A DNA stretch of 64,000 bases from Candidatus Parcubacteria bacterium (GTDB lineage Bacteria > Patescibacteriota > Patescibacteriia > Patescibacteriales > UBA12075). Location: NCBI GenBank assembly GCA_963814275.1, contig CAWFCE010000002.1, forward strand, positions 298,537-362,536. Reading direction: 5' to 3'. Each line of letters opens with the position of its first letter. The first letter of the stretch is position 1. Below are positions 37,213 through 44,723 of the stretch, piece after piece. A model generated the notes under the pieces. The model was not told the origin of the DNA. It made no database searches and worked only from the letters and a program-made list of their open reading frames with translations. The position numbers and the translations under genes were made by a program.

Positions 37213-37926
37213 TTATCTCCAGAAAATAAAAATATTGTATTTGCCGGGCATGTTGGCCTTCTTTTTGGCCATCACATCACGTAAATTGTGGATCCTTTGG
37301 CCGCCTACCTCTTGACCAAACCAATCGTCAATTGAGTTCACAATTGCTGTTGCTTTATCCGTCAAATGGAATTGGCCGTTTGTCTCAGTCGCTAAATCCC
37401 TCAAAGTTTTAGCCATTTCTCGAACCACATCCGAGGGTGCAATTGTTGTACCAAAGCCTTCTAAAACGGATTTAATTTGTTCTTCACTCAATGGAGCAAG
37501 CATCGCAATCAGCGCGCCTCCACGAACATTTTTCGTTGTCTTTTCCGTAGTGGTTTTTTCTTTTGCATCTTTGCCATCTCCCCTTTTTTTCGTAACGGAC
37601 TCCGTGACTTCAATTTCATCTCCACCGAAAATACGAATGATTTTGGTGCGTTGCTCCAAGCGTTCGTAACTTTTGATTACATTAGCGATTTTGACGATTT
37701 CTTCTGGCTTCACTTTATGATCTAATACAGCTACTCGTGCTGCCCCATCTAAGGCAAGCATTTCGTCGTTTATGCCGAATCCACCGAAATGTGTTTTTAA
37801 TGCTTCATGCGCCTTTTCACCCGCGACCTCCGTGGCTTTTTTTGTTAAGCCACTAAATAATTTTCTCAATACCTCGCCACCAAAAAAAAAGCTTAAGAAT
37901 TCTACAATTTCATTCCAGAATTTCAT
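37213..37926 (-). CDS. Hypothetical protein (237 aa), first gene of the 37.9-34.4 kb minus-strand cluster
   Basis: A long ORF with coding-like composition, 10 nt upstream of the next gene. I recognise no domain. Confidence 0.55.
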   Translation of the reverse strand: MKFWNEIVEFLSFFFGGEVLRKLFSGLTKKATEVAGEKAHEALKTHFGGFGINDEMLALDGAARVAVLDHKVKPEEIVKIANVIKSYERLEQRTKIIRIFGGDEIEVTESVTKKRGDGKDAKEKTTTEKTTKNVRGGALIAMLAPLSEEQIKSVLEGFGTTIAPSDVVREMAKTLRDLATETNGQFHLTDKATAIVNSIDDWFGQEVGGQRIHNLRDVMAKKKANMPGKYNIFIFWR

Positions 37927-37969
37927 TGCGGTCTCCTTCCAAATAGTCAGTTAGTATTATGTAATTGTC

Positions 37970-38130
37970 AAAGGACTCGTGCGGAAAAGAGTCCCCCTAT
38001 TTTCCTTTTCCGTTGTGGAATGCCCACGCTGTTCGGGTAGTGAAATTATGCCGGGCAAGTTTAGAGACCGCTTGCCTGGCGCGCATCCCCATGCTTGTGC
38101 CACTACCCGAAGAGCGTAGGTGTTCCGCTG
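37970..38130. ncRNA. GC-rich structured island (candidate ncRNA or 5' leader); identity unknown
   Basis: Hairpin ggactc-gtgcggaaaa-gagtcc (37972-93). Then a ~28-bp imperfect long-range stem (gtggaatgcccacgctgttcgggtagtg, 38019-46, against cactacccgaagagcgtaggtgttccgc, 38101-28) encloses the hairpin gccgggcaag-tttagagaccg-cttgcctggc. It sits in an otherwise AT-rich 680-bp ORF-free gap. Confidence 0.3.
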
Positions 38131-38612
38131 ATGTTTATTTCTACAAAGATAACTATTTTATTATAGTTAATTCTTTGATTTATATTCTGTCCGCGGATTT
38201 TACGCTGATATTTATATTTTATCTAATATTCAATAAAAATAACGCTTGGCTAGCGCTTTGATTATGAGTAGTTTATTTAATATTAGCTAAATTGTTCTAA
38301 TATTAGGTTGGGGCGCGCTAGTGAATATATTAATATAGCATAATAGTTTAATTTAGTCAAGGGCAATTTACCTTAAATCGGAGATCGGAGATCGTAAATC
38401 AGGCAATGTAAATTTAAAATAATTGATAATATTTATAAAATTGCTAAAATTAACAATATTAATGGACACAGATTTACGATACACGAACTACGAAAACATT
38501 AATATATTTGATAATTATAGCCATATTACTGCCATCTGCTGACTGTTTTCTGTTATCTTTAGATAAAATAAGGCGGGATCCTTGTGGGAGTCCCGCTTTT
38601 GTAGGAACATAG

Positions 38613-38693
38613 CTATTTAGCTTTGGCCGCTTTGTCTTTAGCCGGCTTTTTCTTTTTTTTATCCTTTTTGTCTTTTTTTTGTTTCTTAGCCAT
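38613..38693 (-). CDS. Unannotated 26-aa lysine-rich micro-ORF
   Basis: MAKKQKKDKKDKKKKKPAKDKAAKAK*. A perfect SD (aaaggagg) lies 7 nt upstream of the ATG, and the hairpin gcggga...tcccgc (38574-38597) with a T-run lies downstream. Confidence 0.45.
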   Translation of the reverse strand: MAKKQKKDKKDKKKKKPAKDKAAKAK

Positions 38694-38880
38694 CAAATTG
38701 CCTCCTTTAAAAGATTGTTAGGTACGAATTAATCGCAATATTAAAAAACCGCCTTAATGCGGTATATTTAAAATATATAATATTAATGTTAAAAGATAAT
38801 TAAGATTGATATAGAAATGAGGGCTTGGAACGAAAAGAGGTAATAAAAATCTGTTATCCTGCCTGACCGCAGGCAGGCTG

Positions 38881-39588
38881 TTACTTGCCCAGAGCTTGCC
38901 GAGGGGTCTGCTTTCCAGTTTTTTTCATCTGCTCCCGCCACTTCGCGATTTCCGCGTGGTTGCCGGAGAGCAGGACATCCGGTACTTTGTATTCCTTGCC
39001 CTCGTCATCGATAAAAACTTCCGGCCGGGTGTATTGGCCGTACTCGAGGACGCCCGGCTCGCTATGCGATTCATCGACCGGGCTTTCGGCATTGCCCACT
39101 ACCCCGGGTATCAGGCGGGTGATCGAGTCGACTATCGCCATGGCCGGAATCTCGCCGCCTGTCAGCACATAATCGCCGATCGAGACCTCCTCATCGACGA
39201 AATTCGTGATCCGTTCGTCGACCCCCTCATAGCGGCCGCAGACGAGGATGATATCGTTTAGTTCGGAGTACTCTTTCGCTAGTTGCTGGTTCCAGGTTTT
39301 ACCCTTGGCGGAAAGCAAGATGATTTTAGGCGGTAGGCAGTAGGCGGTAGGCAGTAGGGATTTTTTGATTGATTGAATCGCTTTATACAAAACATCCACC
39401 TTCATCACCATGCCGGCGCCGCCGCCGTAAGGCGTGTCGTCGACCGTGCGGTGCTTGTCTGCGGTCCAGTCGCGCAGATCATGGGTTTCGATCTCGATCT
39501 TTTTATCTTTTTGCGCTCGTTTAATTATGCTCTCGCTGAAGTAAGAGTCGAATATTTCGGGAAAAATCGTAATGATATGGAATTTCAT
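38881..39588 (-). CDS. trmD: tRNA (guanine37-N1)-methyltransferase
   Basis: MKFHIITIFPEIF, PYGGGAGMVMK, CGRYEGVDERI, SIGDYVLTGGE. A (taggcgg/taggcag) word tract lies at 39327-39359, encoding LLPTAYCLPPK. Confidence 0.9.
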   Translation of the reverse strand: MKFHIITIFPEIFDSYFSESIIKRAQKDKKIEIETHDLRDWTADKHRTVDDTPYGGGAGMVMKVDVLYKAIQSIKKSLLPTAYCLPPKIILLSAKGKTWNQQLAKEYSELNDIILVCGRYEGVDERITNFVDEEVSIGDYVLTGGEIPAMAIVDSITRLIPGVVGNAESPVDESHSEPGVLEYGQYTRPEVFIDDEGKEYKVPDVLLSGNHAEIAKWREQMKKTGKQTPRQALGK

Positions 39589-39719
39589 ATGATTGTTGGG
39601 ATGTTATTATAAATAATATTATCATACAAATCCCAAATATCCCAACTATCTCAAAACGCACAGAGCCACCCCGCTATACGGTGTGGCTCTGTGTTATTTT
39701 GATAGTCTTGATATTTGTC

Positions 39720-40049
39720 TTAGATCTTGAGGTCATCAACACTGGAAGTGTCGATATCAGCGGAATCATGCTCCCGGCGGGGTCCACGGGTGGAACCTTC
39801 CGGTTCGGTGATCTTCAAGTTCACGCGAGCATTGTTCTTAGCGCCAACGATCTTTAAGAGGGTACGAATCGCCTGCGCGGTCTGTCCGCGGCGGCCGATC
39901 ACATAGCCCATGTCAGCCGGGTTAATGTCGAGAGTCAGGAGGACTCCGCGTTCATCAACCGTGCGGGAGGTTTTTACGTCCTCTGGATGTCCGACGATGC
40001 TTTTCACCACAAACTCCAGAAACTGTTGGTCCAAGTTGGCTTCTGCCAT
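39720..40049 (-). CDS. KH-domain RNA-binding protein (YlqC/UPF0109-like)
   Basis: VVKSIVGHPEDV...INPADMGYVIGRRGQTAQAIRTLL. It occupies the conserved position between rpsP and trmD. Confidence 0.8.
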   Translation of the reverse strand: MAEANLDQQFLEFVVKSIVGHPEDVKTSRTVDERGVLLTLDINPADMGYVIGRRGQTAQAIRTLLKIVGAKNNARVNLKITEPEGSTRGPRREHDSADIDTSSVDDLKI

Positions 40050-40234
40050 AGGTTTGTTCTGATTTCTTCCAAATCGTCAGCGAGAATGCATTCATCTGCC
40101 GGTCCGATCTGAAAGAGTTCTTATTTAATTACTTCTGCTAATTACGAATCCGTTTTCAAAAGGTGAACCCCTAATTAGTATTTTTTATAATATCACATTA
40201 TTAATAATTTGTCAAGGGCAGTATTTTACCTTGA

Positions 40235-40678
40235 TTATTTGGCTTCTGCCGGTTTTTCCGCTTTTGGCTCTTCCTTAGCCGGAGCAGCCGTTTCTGCCGG
40301 CTTTTCTTCCTTGGCCGGTTCCTTGGTTTCGGCAACGGCAGGAGCCGGTTTTTCCTCAGGCTTTGCTTCACCAGCCGGTTTCGCGGCGGCTTCCCCTTCC
40401 GGTTTTTCCTGCTTTTTTGGCTTATATGAGCGTACTTTTTCGCCCTTTATGATCTCTTTGGCAATTAACAGGTTGTTTACCGTTGCCGACATGCCGGCAC
40501 CGTTTTTGAGCCAATGTTCAATGCGGTCCTGCTTGCAGGCCAGTTCCTTGGTGTAGGGATTGTAGGAACCCAAAATCTCCAGGGCATGCCCATAGGGGTC
40601 TTTGGATTTTTCGGATATCACCAAGCGATACATCGGTTTGTTCTTTTTTCCAATCCTGGAAAGTCGAATAGTCAACAT
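40235..40678 (-). CDS. rpsP: 30S ribosomal protein S16 with a ~60-aa K/E/P/A-rich C-terminal tail
   Basis: MLTIRLSRIGKKNKPMYRLVISE...GSYNP, followed by the low-complexity tail KPKKQEKPEGEAAAKPAGEAKPEEKPAP.... Confidence 0.9.
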   Translation of the reverse strand: MLTIRLSRIGKKNKPMYRLVISEKSKDPYGHALEILGSYNPYTKELACKQDRIEHWLKNGAGMSATVNNLLIAKEIIKGEKVRSYKPKKQEKPEGEAAAKPAGEAKPEEKPAPAVAETKEPAKEEKPAETAAPAKEEPKAEKPAEAK

Positions 40679-40867
40679 AATTATTTTAGATAACAGATAA
40701 CAGACAGCAGATAGCAGTCGTTAATCGTGTCCTATCCTTAGAATATTATAGAATAATTAATAAATATTAGCGTAAATATCAAGTAATGTCAAATTTATTA
40801 TTCTTTTATTTTCCTGAAGTTAACTGTTAATTGTCTACTGTCAATTGTTATATACCGCCCCTCGATT

Positions 40868-40975
40868 CGCTACGCTCCCGATAATGATTTCTGAGCGGGT
40901 AACCCCGTACGACTCGCTTACGCTCGCTACGGGGCAGGCGGGAATCGAAGGGGGCGGAAGCCCCAATCCATCATA
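40868..40975 (-). repeat. Degenerate 3' fragment of tRNA-Gly plus a duplicated 36-nt flank
   Basis: The 36-nt direct repeat cgctacgctcccgataatgatttctgagcgggtaac occurs at 40868-40903 and 41087-41122. Read on the minus strand, the fragment is ggggcttccgccccc-ttcgattccc-g-[ccccgta..tacgggg hairpin]-ttacccgctca. Confidence 0.75.
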
Positions 40976-41112
40976 AATCAATGGGCCGTGCAATTGTTAT
41001 GTTAAATTCTCAAGGTTGATTCGATAGTTTTAAAGCCTTTGGTCAGTCGGGTTCTCACCGAGACCCGCTCATAAATCACTATCGTCCGCTACGCTCCCGA
41101 TAATGATTTCTG

Positions 41113-41185
41113 AGCGGGTAACGGGAATCGAACCCGTATCTTCAGCTTGGAAGGCTAACATAATAAACCATTATACGATACCCGC
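41113..41185 (-). tRNA. tRNA-Gly(UCC)
   Basis: Minus-strand read: gcgggtatcgtataatggtttattatgttagccttCCAagctgaagatacgggttcgattcccgttacccgct, anticodon loop cttccaa = UCC. Confidence 0.85.
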
Positions 41186-41272
41186 AGTTTAGTTGAAAGT
41201 TATAAAGTATAAAGTTAAAAGTTTATTAGCAGGCTCTTTACAACTTGTCACTTGATAACTTTTAACTAAGGT

Positions 41273-41346
41273 GTCGGGGTGCCGGGATTCGAACCCGGGA
41301 TCTCCTACTCCCAAAGCAGGCGCCTTAGCCAGCTAGGCCACACCCC
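41273..41346 (-). tRNA. tRNA-Pro(UGG)
   Basis: Minus-strand read: cggggtgtggcctagctggctaaggcgcctgctttgggagtaggagatcccgggttcgaatcccggcaccccga, anticodon loop tttggga = UGG. Confidence 0.85.
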
Positions 41347-41351
41347 GGATT

Positions 41352-41423
41352 CAAATGACGAATGTCGAATTACGAATGTCGAAAGATATCCCATTCGTCA
41401 TTCGAAATTTGTAATTCGACATT
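41352..41423. repeat. Heptamer-word hairpin spacer (gaatgtc/gaattac words)
   Basis: aaatgacgaatgtcgaattacgaatgtcgaaag / cattcgtcattcgaaatttgtaattcgacattt form an imperfect palindrome between tRNA-Pro and tRNA-Phe. Confidence 0.8.
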
Positions 41424-41430
41424 TAAATTG

Positions 41431-41502
41431 TGCCGCGGGTCAGAATTGAACTGACGACACGTAGATTTTCAGTCTACTGCTCTACCACTGAGCTACCGCG
41501 GC
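41431..41502 (-). tRNA. tRNA-Phe(GAA)
   Basis: Minus-strand read: gccgcggtagctcagtggtagagcagtagactGAAaatctacgtgtcgtcagttcaattctgacccgcggca. Confidence 0.85.
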
Positions 41503-41505
41503 CAG

Positions 41506-41588
41506 AGAAAGTAGAAAGTATAAAGTTGAAAGTACAAAGTTATGGTATAAAATAGTACTTTTAACTTTCAACTTTATACTTTCTACTT
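41506..41588. repeat. Heptamer-word hairpin spacer (gaaagta/aaagttg words)
   Basis: agaaagtagaaagtataaagttgaaagtacaaagtt ... gtacttttaactttcaactttatactttctactt. Confidence 0.8.
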
Positions 41589-41593
41589 AATTG

Positions 41594-41666
41594 TTGCGGG
41601 GGTCGGATTCGAACCGACGACCTCCAGGTTATGGGCCTGGCGAGCTGCCAGCTGCTCTACCCCGCG
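41594..41666 (-). tRNA. Initiator tRNA-fMet(CAU)
   Basis: Minus-strand read: cgcggggtagagcagctggcagctcgccaggccCATaacctggaggtcgtcggttcgaatccgacccccgcaa. A C1:A72 mismatch is present as in bacterial initiators. The anticodon loop cccataa has C rather than U at position 33. Confidence 0.8.
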
Positions 41667-41675
41667 CTAATAAAT

Positions 41676-41741
41676 TTCGAATTACGAATGTCGAATTAGT
41701 AAATTTTTTTATTCGTCATTCGACATTCGTAATTCGTCATT
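41676..41741. repeat. Heptamer-word hairpin spacer
   Basis: ttcgaattacgaatgtcgaatta ... attcgtcattcgacattcgtaattcgtcatt. Confidence 0.8.
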
Positions 41742-41749
41742 TGTAAGTG

Positions 41750-41823
41750 TGGGCGCACATGGATTCGAACCATGGACCTCGTCCTTATCAGGGACGCGCT
41801 CTAGCCAACTGAGCTATGCGCCC
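41750..41823 (-). tRNA. tRNA-Ile(GAU)
   Basis: Minus-strand read: gggcgcatagctcagttggctagagcgcgtccctGATaaggacgaggtccatggttcgaatccatgtgcgccca. Confidence 0.9.
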
Positions 41824-42119
41824 GGTATTTTAAAAATAAATTTATTTAAGATTGTAAATATCATTAGGATTTACCCTGGCGGATAATAGAGCGAAATATG
41901 GACCCTTGCCCCGTCGGATGACGGGGTCGTCCTTATCAGGGACGCGCTCTAGCCAACTGAGCTATGCGCCCGGTATTTTAAAAATAAATTTATTTAAGAT
42001 TGTAAATATCATTAGGATTTACCCTGGCGGATAATAGAGCGAAATATGGACCCTTGCCCCGTCGGATGACGGGGTCGTCCTTATCAGGGACGCGCTCTAG
42101 CCAACTGAGCTATGCGCCC
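41824..42119 (-). repeat. Two identical 148-bp tandem units, each a tRNA-Ile pseudogene (intact 5' half, GC hairpin insert, decayed 3' half)
   Basis: The 5' half gggcgcatagctcagttggctagagcgcgtccctgataaggacga recurs ending at 41971 and 42119. It is followed by ccccgtc-atcc-gacgggg and ggtccatatttcgctctattatccgcc (compare ggtccatggttcgaatccatgtgcgccc). Confidence 0.85.
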
Positions 42120-42482
42120 GAAGCAAATTTCGAATTACGAATGTCGAATGTCGAATTTATTTTTTACATAAATTAAAATCATAATATTCGTGAATTCGTA
42201 ATCCCAACAAAAAAGATTGGTTCTAGCTAAATTGAAGGACCAATCTTTTTTGCTTGGTAAAAAAGGAACGGCCCCATAAACCGTTTATGGAGCTAGTAAG
42301 CACCAATTTGCTAGACCACCTTACGACTACCGTGGTAAGGATTTTATCCTGAATCAGAATAAATTCTGATCCATGTACCCTTCCGGAACTTCCGGAAAAG
42401 CCGACCGTAGGAATTCAGAACTGGAATTCGAAACCGAGATTTGGCATTCGACATTCGTAATTCGTCATTCCCGATGTCTCCC

Positions 42483-44078
<1,596 letters not shown>

Positions 44079-44618
44079 GAAAAGTTTTTTGACAGGTTTA
44101 CTTGCCTGTTTAAGCAATGTTGTGTAAACACGAACAGTGCTTAAGGAATATATGAGGAAAATGAGTTTCCTAATTGTTTGTACTTGGTTGTTGCAAATTG
44201 GCGCTTATTAGCGCCATATTATATTCGGTTGTTAATGACCGCAAACGCGATAAATTTGCCTTCCCGCCAGATAAGCAAAAAACAGACCTTACAGCCTGTT
44301 ATCAAGTGTAAGCGGGTCGGTTTTTGGTTTTGTTTTTAGATTGTCATGGATTTATCGCAATTTGTTATTGCAATAATAATATTAAAGGATTTGCCGAAAT
44401 CTGTCAAGGCAATTCAGATAGTAGATAACGGATAGCAGATAGCAGCCAATTTTTTATTTAATATTAAATGATTTATTTAATAAACGAGCTAATATTAGTT
44501 TCCCGGGGTGTGATTAAGGAAAATTATAAATTTATATACAATCAAATTCCGGTTATTTATCAAGAGTATTTGCACAGGTTTTGAACATATTTAAAATGCG
44601 TTTTAAAAAAATTATTTT

Positions 44619-44648
44619 TTGCGAATTATTAATTAAAAATGGTATAAT
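44619..44648 (+). promoter_or_regulatory. Candidate promoter for the GH1 gene
   Basis: TTGCGA (44619-24), an 18-nt spacer, then the extended -10 TGgTATAAT (44640-48), ~75 nt upstream of the ATG at 44724. Confidence 0.45.
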
Positions 44649-44723
44649 ATGTTAAATGGCAAACTAAGGATATACATTATTATTTCGCTAAGAGAATAAT
44701 TAATTATTAAATCACTGCCTGCA

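Noticed and set aside
37970-38130. 5S rRNA, SRP RNA, RNase P RNA or tmRNA in the GC-rich island
   Set aside because: None of the hallmark sequences is present on either strand. That covers the 5S loop-E/CCGAAC region, the SRP domain IV GGAAGCAGC-type motif, RNase P GAGGAAAGTCC, and the tmRNA tag ORF plus T-arm. It is kept only as an unidentified structured element.
38858-38877. Perfect GC palindromes cctgcctgaccgcaggcagg (38858-77) and cttgcctgcctgccggcaggcaggtaag (58686-58713) as possible protein-binding or recombination sites
   Set aside because: The first lies directly after the trmD stop and is followed by a T-run on the coding strand, so it is most simply a terminator. The second is downstream of rnc. 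With only two copies there is not enough evidence for anything beyond hairpin terminators.
40235-40420. Plus-strand ORF 40209..40556 and the low-complexity tail of S16 as a separate gene
   Set aside because: The plus-strand ORF is the antisense shadow of the rpsP tail. The K/E/P/A-rich tail is in frame with S16 and has no stop, so it is treated as a C-terminal extension of rpsP.
41824-42119. CRISPR array (regular repeats at 41.8-42.1 kb and 50.2-51.3 kb)
   Set aside because: The units (148 bp and 356 bp) are repeated in full with no unique spacers. They consist of tRNA fragments and an ORF, and no cas genes are present.
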